Source of the DNA: a virus
Lineage: Duplodnaviria; Caudoviricetes
Direction: 5' to 3' (one strand)
Length of the DNA stretch: 32,749 bases
IMG/VR virus record: IMGVR_UViG_3300030430_002976
Span: 1 to 32,749 of that record
Shown here: positions 1 to 7,502 of the stretch, piece after piece
Position numbering within the stretch: position 1 is the first letter of the stretch
Layout of the letters: each line of letters starts with the position of its first letter
Made by a program: the position numbers and the translations under genes
Notes under the pieces: generated by a model
The model's input: the letters and a program-made list of their open reading frames with translations, nothing else
What the model was told of the DNA's origin: nothing
The model's database searches: none

Positions 1-323
1 TCCACAAAGCCGAGCTGCTTGTTCATCTTCATTGCCTTAGCGTTACCCTCGCTGCACGTTACCAGCAGTCTGTTTGCACCAACCTGGATGAAGGGATAGG
101 CAAACAGCCCATAAAGAACAGACCGAGTTGCCCAAAGCGGGGAGGACGCCGCAATTGACGCCTCGATCTGCCCGTCTCTTAAGTCGTGATAGACGCAGGC
201 CGCAATGATTTCGCCGTCACGCTGCACGCCGATAGATGCACTAGGCCCAAACCCCTCAACGCCAATCCTAGAAGCCGCCCACTGCTTGAGGTAATCGTCA
301 GCACCGAAAATCATGCGGTTCAA
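1..323 (-). CDS. GNAT-family N-acetyltransferase (truncated at window edge; not in ORF track)
   Basis: Hand translation from TTG at 323 (AGGAG upstream, overlaps stop of 320..1036): MNRMIFGADDYLKQWAASRIG...IIAACVYHD...QVGANRLLVTCSEGNAKAMKMNKQLGFV. The N-x-x-A-x-x-x-x-x-x-LGF ending is the GNAT C-terminal motif. Confidence 0.75.
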   Translation of the reverse strand, partial: MNRMIFGADDYLKQWAASRIGVEGFGPSASIGVQRDGEIIAACVYHDLRDGQIEASIAASSPLWATRSVLYGLFAYPFIQVGANRLLVTCSEGNAKAMKMNKQLGFV

Positions 324-1036
324 TTTTGGCTCTCCTTGATGGCTTCCAACACGTCATAGACGTTGGGTGGCGGTGGCTGGTCAGGCTTCCACTGACACAG
401 GTATTCCCGAGGCTTCCACTCACCGTAATCAAAAAAAAGTGTTTCCTGACTGTTGTGCGCTCCTCTAAAGACGCAAGCCTCAGTGCGCTTGTCGATCTTC
501 ATGCATTTGACCAGGCGGCAGACGGTCATATCGTTGGCCCAATCATTTGCCTGGGCGGTGTGCGACTTCAGCAGCAGCACAAAGCCAGTCAGCGTGGCCA
601 GGCCGGCCCCGATGACAACAGTCCAGGCGATGTATTCGATGATTTTTTGCCTGCGCTGCTGAGCTGCATAGATAGCTTCTTGGCGCTGCTTACGAATTTT
701 GCCCTCTAGTGCGATTAATTCCTGCCAAGCTGCCGGCCCTCTTGTCAGTGAAATCATCTGCTTAAGTTGATAGCGCTGATCCTCAAGTTGCTTTTTGGCC
801 GTAAACGCTTCAAGCGCGAGTGATTCAATGCTTTTGCCCTTCGTGAGTTTAAGAAACAGTGACGGGTTCTTACTGCTTTTTTCTAGGTGGTCTACATCCG
901 AAACAGCCGACATCCACCTACTGAGATCCGCTGTCATCTGTTCAAGTTCTCTGCCGGCCTGAAAGCCACGTTGGAGAATCTTGAAGGCCCCTGTCGCCAC
1001 CTGGACAGCCGTGCCGATGGTGACTGGATCAAGCAT
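320..1036 (-). CDS. Hypothetical membrane protein (coiled-coil, one TM helix, Cys-rich C-terminal domain)
   Basis: 238-aa ORF; TM segment IAWTVVIGAGLATLTGFVLLL; 4 Cys in the C-terminal part; overlapping stop/start with both neighbours. Confidence 0.7.
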   Translation of the reverse strand: MLDPVTIGTAVQVATGAFKILQRGFQAGRELEQMTADLSRWMSAVSDVDHLEKSSKNPSLFLKLTKGKSIESLALEAFTAKKQLEDQRYQLKQMISLTRGPAAWQELIALEGKIRKQRQEAIYAAQQRRQKIIEYIAWTVVIGAGLATLTGFVLLLKSHTAQANDWANDMTVCRLVKCMKIDKRTEACVFRGAHNSQETLFFDYGEWKPREYLCQWKPDQPPPPNVYDVLEAIKESQN

Positions 1037-1215
1037 CAGTACACCTTTACCTTGTCTGGGTCTGTGAGTTTAGGCAGGCAATAGGCCGTAATCTTCCCCG
1101 CTTGCTTATGAAGCGCACGGGCAAAGTAGGTGCAGTCATCGATGTTGTAGAAATAGAGATCGTTTGAAACTAGCTTGCCATCCAAAAACACGAACAGCAA
1201 AAATGCGTGGATCAC
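1036..1215 (-). CDS. Small hypothetical protein, 59 aa (not in ORF track)
   Basis: GTG start overlapping previous stop; MIHAFLLFVFLDGKLVSNDLYFYNIDDCTYFARALHKQAGKITAYCLPKLTDPDKVKVY; TGATG coupling to next gene. Confidence 0.65.
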   Translation of the reverse strand: MIHAFLLFVFLDGKLVSNDLYFYNIDDCTYFARALHKQAGKITAYCLPKLTDPDKVKVY

Positions 1216-1385
1216 CCTGTAAGTAGCACGCCAATAAGTAGGACGATGGTTGTGCCGGCGCTGCCGACCATAATTGTTTCTAGGCGCTTGACGCGGCTAA
1301 GAAGCTCAATGAAGCGCTCCTGGCTGACAGCCGAAAGGGTGTCCAGTTCAGCTTTTACTGATGCAGCGGTAGGCTTGCTCATCAT
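1212..1385 (-). CDS. Small coiled-coil protein with C-terminal TM helix, 57 aa (XhlA/holin-like architecture; not in ORF track)
   Basis: MMSKPTAASVKAELDTLSAVSQERFIELLSRVKRLETIMVGSAGTTIVLLIGVLLTG; overlapping stop/start on both sides. Confidence 0.65.
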   Translation of the reverse strand: MMSKPTAASVKAELDTLSAVSQERFIELLSRVKRLETIMVGSAGTTIVLLIGVLLTG

Positions 1386-1561
1386 TGAGCGTCCTGTATT
1401 GTCAAGTCACCGGCTGCGACCTGTTTCATTATTTCGTCGTAGTGTTTGTTATCTGGGTCAAGAGGAACTGACCACACAACGCCATCAATCGTTGCTTTGA
1501 TGCTTTCGTTTTGCCCATCTTTTGCATAATACTGTGCTGATGTAATATTCATTTCGTTCAT
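1382..1561 (-). CDS. Small tail-fibre-associated protein, 59 aa (possible chaperone; not in ORF track)
   Basis: MNEMNITSAQYYAKDGQNESIKATIDGVVWSVPLDPDNKHYDEIMKQVAAGDLTIQDAQ; the VPLDPxNxHY motif and position directly after the fibre gene are typical of marine phages. Confidence 0.7.
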   Translation of the reverse strand: MNEMNITSAQYYAKDGQNESIKATIDGVVWSVPLDPDNKHYDEIMKQVAAGDLTIQDAQ

Positions 1562-1563
1562 AT

Positions 1564-2649
1564 CTACAACTCCGCATCAAAAATGTAGCCACCGTCACCC
1601 ATATCAAGAACTCCGGGGTCATTTTGTGCGCCGCCGGACGCTGTGACTACATCAAAGCCGCCAACCAAAGTGTTTGCACCTGAAGTGTTAATGCTTGATA
1701 CGTTCTGTGCAGCAGCACCTGTCTCAAAACGAGGGGTTCCAGTAATACTGTGAGAGGGTGTTGCTCTCATCGCTGTATTAAAAGGTATAATACATCTTGC
1801 CCCTGTAGCACTAGTTTTGGTGCCGATACCCACACGGCCATTGCTTACCCCTGTAAATCGTTGATGATACCTCTGGCACCGGAGCAACTCATCCTCAAAC
1901 GACCGATGCTCAAACGGCGTGGCCTGTTCGCCGATTTCAAGTTGAACCTCTGCTAAATAAAAATTGTTTGATGTGCTGTCCATCCAGTTAACTTGGTTTG
2001 TTGTAGAATAGTCATTTGCCGCAACCCAAGTGTCTGCAGTGGTATTAAAATCAGAACCCCAAGCAAGGCCAAAACCGACCTCAAGGCCAGCCCCGTTGTC
2101 GTTGTTTATAGCGCCTGCTGATGAAGTTATAAGAGACGTGCTACCGGCGGTGGGCGAGATTGTAATGATCTTCTTTTCCCAAGTGTTTGCACTGCTAATC
2201 GTGTACTCCTGCACATAATTGTAGGCAGTGTTGTCGCCTTTGTGGAGATTAATAGTATAAGTTCCTGTTTTGTTAGATTTCACATGAAATGAAAGCGTCA
2301 AAGATTTTGCAGATGATGTCCCGTAATTAAGATGCTGTAGATTTTGCGCTTCAATCTTTTGAAAAATATAGCAAAACTGTGCCGCCCCGATACTTGTGTC
2401 CGCAGTAGTAACTTGTGCCTTCAGTGAAAACCCAGTGCCTGATGGATGGTCAGAGGATTGTTCTGTTGTCATTGCGCCGTCAGTAGATTCAAAGGGTATC
2501 CAACGGTCAGCAGTCGTGTAAGTGGATGTTGCGGCTGTTGCTGAACTTGCCCTCTGAAAAATCTGATAGGCACCGTTGATAATCAGGTTCCTGTTCGACA
2601 ACGCCGACTGCGAACCAATCAGTGCGGCAAGATCTGCTGCCTTACTCAT
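1564..2649 (-). CDS. Tail fibre / receptor-binding protein with carbohydrate-binding-like domain
   Basis: 361 aa; motifs NRNLIING..QIFQR, YTTADRW, TLSFHVKS, QLEIGEQATPFEHRS..DELLRCQRY, characteristic of marine phage tail-fibre domains. Confidence 0.75.
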   Translation of the reverse strand: MSKAADLAALIGSQSALSNRNLIINGAYQIFQRASSATAATSTYTTADRWIPFESTDGAMTTEQSSDHPSGTGFSLKAQVTTADTSIGAAQFCYIFQKIEAQNLQHLNYGTSSAKSLTLSFHVKSNKTGTYTINLHKGDNTAYNYVQEYTISSANTWEKKIITISPTAGSTSLITSSAGAINNDNGAGLEVGFGLAWGSDFNTTADTWVAANDYSTTNQVNWMDSTSNNFYLAEVQLEIGEQATPFEHRSFEDELLRCQRYHQRFTGVSNGRVGIGTKTSATGARCIIPFNTAMRATPSHSITGTPRFETGAAAQNVSSINTSGANTLVGGFDVVTASGGAQNDPGVLDMGDGGYIFDAEL

Positions 2650-3029
2650 GCGAGGTCTCCGTGGATGACGAGTTCATTATTCGCTACATCTGCGCTTGTG
2701 CCACTGCTGTTCACTGTCTCAACAGCCAGCGTAGTCGTTGTTTCCATTATACAGGCCAAATTGTTGTTTGAAGGATTACTCGCTGCAAAAGCACAGGTGC
2801 CGACAGCCGCTTGATTAGTATTTTCCATCGCTGAAATTCCAGTAATCGTAAAATTACCGGCGCTGTCATCTGTCACAGAACTTGTTCCAAGAGAATTAGC
2901 GACAGCATATGTCCCAGAGTTAGTAACCATAGCAAAATACTTCGCACTGCCCTGTGCAACAAAGCTGGTGGCAATGCTGTTGTTCCCGCTGGCATCCTTC
3001 AGGGTGTTTACTCTAAGTTCACTAGCCAT
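2646..3029 (-). CDS. GDLA-family tail protein, subtype 3 (module B)
   Basis: 127 aa, ends IHGDLA; N-terminal SIATSFVAQGSAKYF resembles 5539..5925. Confidence 0.75.
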   Translation of the reverse strand: MASELRVNTLKDASGNNSIATSFVAQGSAKYFAMVTNSGTYAVANSLGTSSVTDDSAGNFTITGISAMENTNQAAVGTCAFAASNPSNNNLACIMETTTTLAVETVNSSGTSADVANNELVIHGDLA

Positions 3030-3433
3030 TATGCAAGGTCTCCGTGCATTGCGCTTTGAACATGGGTACTATCACCAAGTGAAGACCCATCATAAATCTG
3101 TATGTTGGAATTGCTGGTGTTTATGCCGGGAGTCCCGTCACCAGAACCTCCAAAGTGCCTGTTACCACCTGCCATACACGCCCCATAAAATGAATAGTTA
3201 TCACTACTCATATTGTTAGTGTAATTCATATCGTAACTGCCAGTTCCTCTGTCTGTAGCGGAACTGCCATTGAAACTGTCGGCAAAAGTTGTGCCAGAGC
3301 CGTCGTAATGAAACCAGCCTTTTGCCAGCCCCTGCTGCAAATTCGTTGTGGTCGAGTTGCCCTCGCCGGTAATCGCAATAGACCCCGCCGTGGCTACCCC
3401 TGTGATTGTATCGACCTTGAGTATGCTTGCCAT
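3029..3433 (-). CDS. GDLA-family tail protein, subtype 2 (module B)
   Basis: 134 aa, ends MHGDLA; TAGSIAITGEGNSTTTNLQQGLAKGW, DSFNGSSATDRGTGSY. Confidence 0.8.
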   Translation of the reverse strand: MASILKVDTITGVATAGSIAITGEGNSTTTNLQQGLAKGWFHYDGSGTTFADSFNGSSATDRGTGSYDMNYTNNMSSDNYSFYGACMAGGNRHFGGSGDGTPGINTSNSNIQIYDGSSLGDSTHVQSAMHGDLA

Positions 3434-3810
3434 TATGCGAGGTCTCCGTGTGACACTATATCCACTGTGTCCGTATCAAATTCAGCACCATCATGTCCGA
3501 CGCTTCTGAAACGTGTACCGCTTGCAGTTTTTACGGCGGCGTCCGTACCAATAAAAGTAAACGCCTCGTCACAGCCTACAGTAGCACCCGTAAGAGCAAA
3601 ATGAAGATTTGTGAAGGCATTTGTAAAAGTTACCGCGTACTGCCCTGTCCCATTATCTGTAAGTGATGCGTTGTTAAAAGACTCATCAACAGCCACAGTG
3701 CCTGTTCCATCAAAAACACAAAAATGTTTCGCCGCAGTCTGCTTCGTCAGTCCTACCGGCCCCGTACCCGCCTTATCCGCAATCGTGTCTACATTAAGAA
3801 CGCTAGTCAT
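3433..3810 (-). CDS. GDLA-family tail protein, subtype 1 (module B)
   Basis: Start revised to ATG 3810 (MTSVLNVDT; GGAG upstream, ATGA overlap); ends SHGDLA; GLTKQTAAKHF, ESFNNASLTDNGTGQY. Confidence 0.8.
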   Translation of the reverse strand: MTSVLNVDTIADKAGTGPVGLTKQTAAKHFCVFDGTGTVAVDESFNNASLTDNGTGQYAVTFTNAFTNLHFALTGATVGCDEAFTFIGTDAAVKTASGTRFRSVGHDGAEFDTDTVDIVSHGDLA

Positions 3811-4265
3811 ACGATGCTCCAATACCCGTTAACAGTGACGGTAGCACTCTGTGTAATCGGCCCTGCCGACACACCGTTCTCGTCGCTGTCAATCGTGATG
3901 TCTGCGCTGATGGTCTGACCGTTCAAGCGGATGATGGAGTTGTTGCCCTTGAAGGGGTAGCGTGTGTCGGACTCAGACTTGGTGTAGCTGTTTGCCACAG
4001 AAAAAGCATCATATACCACCATTTCGACAACGTCGTTCAGTGACGCCGCCGTGACCAGCACAACGGTTGTGCCTGTGGTGGCAGCGTAGTCTGTGCCAGG
4101 CTTCAACAGCACACCGTTCTGGTAGACATCCATGTACAGGCTGTCAGAGTAGGTCAGCACCAGTGAGTCAGAGTCTGATCCGCTGAAGCTCGTCTGCCCC
4201 GCCGTGGCTTGGTATACAAAGCGATTGCGGACACCAAACTCTGGGGATTTACCTATGTATGGCAT
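3807..4265 (-). CDS. Tail fibre-associated structural protein (MPYIG type, module B adaptor)
   Basis: 152 aa; ATAGQTSF / DVYQNGVLL..GTDY beta-domain; C-terminal RLNGQTISADITI...GPIT; paralogue of 6697..7146. Confidence 0.75.
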   Translation of the reverse strand: MPYIGKSPEFGVRNRFVYQATAGQTSFSGSDSDSLVLTYSDSLYMDVYQNGVLLKPGTDYAATTGTTVVLVTAASLNDVVEMVVYDAFSVANSYTKSESDTRYPFKGNNSIIRLNGQTISADITIDSDENGVSAGPITQSATVTVNGYWSIV

Positions 4266-4669
4266 TATGCGAGGTCTCCTGTAATCTGCACAAATGCTTC
4301 AGGAGGGTCGAAAACTCCAGTGCTTCCCCCCGCATTGAAGTTAGCAGTTACCCTTAATTGAGACGCAGACTTGGTGCCGCTGTCCCTTTGATACAAGGTA
4401 ATATTGCCATCTGTGGTGTCATTATTTCTTTTTATAGCAGTGGTATAGCAATAATTTGCGTTGCCCATATCGTTACCGATTGCAATCGTGTAGTCTCCTG
4501 TTCCATTGTCTGTAAGCCCACTGACATTGAAGGTGTCTAAAGTTGTTGCATCAGAAGCATCACCATCTATTGTGACCCAAGCCTTTATAAGCCCTTGAGC
4601 AAGGTTAATGGTTGCCGAGCCGCCCTCCGACCCGACAACCGTACCCTTTGTGAGATTGGTCAGCGCCAT
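4265..4669 (-). CDS. GDLA-family tail protein, solo copy (subtype-2-like)
   Basis: 134 aa; EGGSATINLAQGLIKAW, DTFNVSGLTDNGTGDY, ends ITGDLA. Confidence 0.8.
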   Translation of the reverse strand: MALTNLTKGTVVGSEGGSATINLAQGLIKAWVTIDGDASDATTLDTFNVSGLTDNGTGDYTIAIGNDMGNANYCYTTAIKRNNDTTDGNITLYQRDSGTKSASQLRVTANFNAGGSTGVFDPPEAFVQITGDLA

Positions 4670-4679
4670 CTCTTACTCC

Positions 4680-5051
4680 CTATGCGTAAGGGCTATCGCC
4701 AAGTACAGACGTATCCCAAGCTGCTTTCAGCTTTGCAATCGTGTCTGCGTCTGTGATTGCTTGTGCGGCAGGTGCATCACGCAGTGCCTTTTTCTTGGCT
4801 ACGGAAGCAGTCTTGGCAGACGCATCGTCAGCCTCAAGCGCCTTCATATACACCACGTCTTCTGCCTCAAGCAGTGGCTGACGTACTTCACGGATTTTGT
4901 CCTTGAAGATTACTTTGGCTGCGTCCATGTCCTCAGAAATGACTTTGCCAGAAAGCGACCATGCACCACGAAAGTGACGGTCAGATGGAACGGTAGCAGT
5001 AGACGCATCTATCTGATTACCGTCCTTATCAACGATGTAGGTGGTTGCCAT
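4680..5051 (-). CDS. Putative tail fibre assembly chaperone
   Basis: 123 aa; helical IREVRQPLLEAED...KKKALRDAP pattern typical of phage tail assembly chaperones; GGAG RBS. Confidence 0.6.
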   Translation of the reverse strand: MATTYIVDKDGNQIDASTATVPSDRHFRGAWSLSGKVISEDMDAAKVIFKDKIREVRQPLLEAEDVVYMKALEADDASAKTASVAKKKALRDAPAAQAITDADTIAKLKAAWDTSVLGDSPYA

Positions 5052-5062
5052 GTGGATTTCTC

Positions 5063-5542
5063 CTATGCGGCTTTGTTGTGGTGTGTGGCTAGGTCTTCAG
5101 TGATCTTCCAGGCGTTGCGCCACTCTCTAGTGCCGGGAAGCTGTTCTTTGCGGCAAATCACCATCTTTGGTTTGTTGCCCTCGTTCCACACCCGCCATAC
5201 GGATTGCGGTACGTCTTTCATAATCAGATACTCAATCGCCTGTTCTTCAGTCATTGCATCAACAGGCTTGGTGTTGTGCAACAGGTAACCGCGAGTGTGC
5301 TTTGTAAAGCCCTCTTCGGCTTCGTCCTTTGCCAACTCCCAGTACACTTCTACCGGCGGCAGGATGCCACCTTGCAATGCACAGGCCATCCAATTAGGGT
5401 CAGGCACCAGTATCTTGGCGCACTCGTCTAGGCTGTCTTCGTACACGACACGGTAGTCTGACTGCACACCCTCAAGGTTCTCTTTGGCCCAGCAGAGCCT
5501 GTCCCATAGATGTGTGCCTTGAAACTCTGGGGTCACTGTCAT
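5063..5542 (-). CDS. Hypothetical protein of the tail-fibre locus (possible chaperone partner)
   Basis: 159 aa, coupled to GDLA junction; C-terminal LPGTREWRNAWKI motif echoed in the next gene. Confidence 0.7.
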   Translation of the reverse strand: MTVTPEFQGTHLWDRLCWAKENLEGVQSDYRVVYEDSLDECAKILVPDPNWMACALQGGILPPVEVYWELAKDEAEEGFTKHTRGYLLHNTKPVDAMTEEQAIEYLIMKDVPQSVWRVWNEGNKPKMVICRKEQLPGTREWRNAWKITEDLATHHNKAA

Positions 5543-5925
5543 GCGAGGTCTCCACCAATCAATGTATATGTGCTGGAATCCGACAGAGCGTCACTAGCAG
5601 CAGAATTTGTTGTGTTAAATCGTCTACTACTTGTGGTGCTATCTGACCCAGCTTCGTAACCAACAACAGTTGTGTTAGCTGCCCCAACCCCAGAACCTGT
5701 GTGGGGTTCGTCGTCGGTGTTAAGATTATTTGTCAAATTTAAATAGGCTTCACCTGTCGCATTATCTGTAGCAGATGAAATGTTAAAGGTGGTGCCTAAC
5801 GTATCTGTAGATTGTGTATAAAAAGCAAATCCTTTTAAACTACCGTTCACCACAAAATTCGTAGCCAGCGAACCCGCAGTCGAGTGCGTCAGGGTATCTG
5901 CTTTGAGTGTACCGAAACTAGGCAT
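5539..5925 (-). CDS. GDLA-family tail protein, subtype 3 (module A)
   Basis: 128 aa; SLATNFVVNGSLKGF, TFNISSATDNATG, ends IGGDLA. Confidence 0.8.
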   Translation of the reverse strand: MPSFGTLKADTLTHSTAGSLATNFVVNGSLKGFAFYTQSTDTLGTTFNISSATDNATGEAYLNLTNNLNTDDEPHTGSGVGAANTTVVGYEAGSDSTTSSRRFNTTNSAASDALSDSSTYTLIGGDLA

Positions 5926-6317
5926 TATGCGAGGTCTCCATGTGCGCTACAATCAAATGCAAAATCTGATGTTCCACCAGAGTCTGTCACTATCTCCACA
6001 GCTAACAAACCGACTGTTGCTCTTGCTGGATTTCTCGTCACAATTCTTGCAGCGGCATTTCCTCTGCCTGTGGCTGTCATTGCATAATTCAAATTAGCAA
6101 AATTATTGGTGACAGTGACTGTGAAGTCTCCTGAACCGTGGTCGGTTCCAGCACTTACGTTCAAACTATCGTTTACTGTGGCTGTAGCTGTTGCATTTGC
6201 CCACGCCTTCGCCAATCCCTGCTGCAAACTTGTGGTAGTGCTGTTGCCTTCACCCGTGACTGCAATAGAGCCAGCAGTGCTAGTACCAGTCAGCGTGTTT
6301 ACAAGAATGGTACTCAT
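5925..6317 (-). CDS. GDLA-family tail protein, subtype 2 (module A)
   Basis: 130 aa; TAGSIAVTGEGNSTTTSLQQGLAKAW, ends AHGDLA. Confidence 0.8.
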   Translation of the reverse strand: MSTILVNTLTGTSTAGSIAVTGEGNSTTTSLQQGLAKAWANATATATVNDSLNVSAGTDHGSGDFTVTVTNNFANLNYAMTATGRGNAAARIVTRNPARATVGLLAVEIVTDSGGTSDFAFDCSAHGDLA

Positions 6318-6700
6318 GCGAGGTCTCCTGTCGATGTCAGAGACATGTGTTCAGAGTCAAAAGAAGAAGCCCCAGTGCCAGTGTTCTGTTTCACAAATAA
6401 TTTTGTAGAACTTGTCGTGACTGTTGACTGGGTATTGACGACACAACTTGCTGGATTAGATGCGTCTCCACTCTGACAGTTGGACTGTGGGGAGTATCCG
6501 GCATTTGCAAAATTATTAGTATAGTTTACTGTCTGGTCTCCTGTGCCGCCGTCTGTGACTGCACCGCAGTTAAAACTGTCACGAATAGTGGTTGTGTCAT
6601 CTCCATTGAAATTTATAAACGCTTTTGGTGCGACTTGGCTCGTCAGCGTAGCTACACCGCCGCTAGTCGATTGGATGGTATCTGCCTTTAAGGTACTCAT
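6314..6700 (-). CDS. GDLA-family tail protein, subtype 1 (module A)
   Basis: 128 aa; TLTSQVAPKAF, DSFNCGAVTDGGTGD, ends STGDLA. Confidence 0.8.
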   Translation of the reverse strand: MSTLKADTIQSTSGGVATLTSQVAPKAFINFNGDDTTTIRDSFNCGAVTDGGTGDQTVNYTNNFANAGYSPQSNCQSGDASNPASCVVNTQSTVTTSSTKLFVKQNTGTGASSFDSEHMSLTSTGDLA

Positions 6701-7146
6701 AGCGTCACCAATGTCCCACCGCTTTCAACGGTCAGGGTCACGCCACTGGCTACAGTGAACGGGCCTGTCACGTTTGCGTTCTCAGTTGCAAGGATGGTTG
6801 TGTCAGCGGTCAACGACTGTGCGTTGACGCGGAACAAACCGCCGGCCTTGAAGTTGCCTTTGTTGGCGGCAGCCGGTGTCACCGATGACGCCGCCACGCC
6901 AAGGTAAATAACAAATATATTGCCTGTGCCACTGGACGGGGCAGCAGTGAATGTCAGTGTGGTGCCATCTGGCACGGTAAAGGCATCAACGCTTTCCTGC
7001 ACAACCCCATCAACAGAAACGATAATATCCTCTTGCGTCACAGTTTGATTTAGCGTGAAGGTCGTGTCTGAGCCGTTACCATTAAACTCTTGTGTCGCGG
7101 GACGCGATTGGAACTGTGAAACTACAGGATTACCGATGAATGGCAT
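6697..7146 (-). CDS. Tail fibre-associated structural protein (MPFIG type, module A adaptor)
   Basis: 149 aa; FNGNGSDTTFTL / VSVDGVVQ / TLTFTAAP beta-domain; C-terminal RVNAQSLTADTTI...GPFTV. Confidence 0.75.
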   Translation of the reverse strand: MPFIGNPVVSQFQSRPATQEFNGNGSDTTFTLNQTVTQEDIIVSVDGVVQESVDAFTVPDGTTLTFTAAPSSGTGNIFVIYLGVAASSVTPAAANKGNFKAGGLFRVNAQSLTADTTILATENANVTGPFTVASGVTLTVESGGTLVTL

Positions 7147-7493
7147 TAGGTGATCTCCATTACCGATAGCGCTACATCTGTTGCACCGCTTGCAGATACT
7201 TTGATTTCATCTGTTGTTTCCAAAACCACTTTGTTGCCTGCCAAAAGTTCTAAACTAGACGCCGCTGGTATAGGTGCATTGGTTACAAGCTCGACAGCCT
7301 GGTTGGCCTCATCATTTGCGCCTGACCTGTTCGCAGTGTCTGTGTTTAGTGTCACAGTGGCGGTGACCTGGCTTGTCGTTGTGTTACCAAGAACAAGTCC
7401 TAAAACAACTGTCGTCGTTGAACTTGCAACCGTATAGATGACATCCAAAGATGTTACCCCAGCCTTGGTGATGACTTTGAAGGTATTGGCCAT
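7146..7493 (-). CDS. Small tail structural protein (MANTFK type)
   Basis: 115 aa, beta-rich, ends KVVLETTDEIKV...SVMEIT; lies in tail operon. Confidence 0.7.
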   Translation of the reverse strand: MANTFKVITKAGVTSLDVIYTVASSTTTVVLGLVLGNTTTSQVTATVTLNTDTANRSGANDEANQAVELVTNAPIPAASSLELLAGNKVVLETTDEIKVSASGATDVALSVMEIT

Positions 7494-7502
7494 TTTTGTC
7501 TC

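Larger units (their letters stand above)
2648..6328 (-). repeat. Seven dispersed 13-bp direct repeats ATGCGAGGTCTCC (minus strand GGAGACCTCGCAT) at gene junctions
   Basis: Copies start at 2648, 3031 (1 mismatch), 3435, 4267, 5541, 5927 and 6316. Each encodes GDLA plus the stop, and carries the GGAG RBS for the next gene's overlapping start. Confidence 0.95.

Noticed and set aside
2654-2659. GGTCTC (BsaI site) inside every junction repeat, suggesting synthetic Golden Gate assembly
   Set aside because: The sites are in-frame Gly-Asp-Leu codons that include the RBS, all in one orientation; Golden Gate assembly removes such sites. Treated as coincidence.
2648-6328. Regularly spaced repeats as a CRISPR array or integron attC sites
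   Set aside because: Repeats are 13 bp, spacers are whole genes of 380 bp or more, and there is no attC-type inverted repeat, cas gene or integron integrase.
1564-7146. Diversity-generating retroelement acting on the tail genes
   Set aside because: No reverse transcriptase and no near-identical TR/VR pair differing at adenines was seen.
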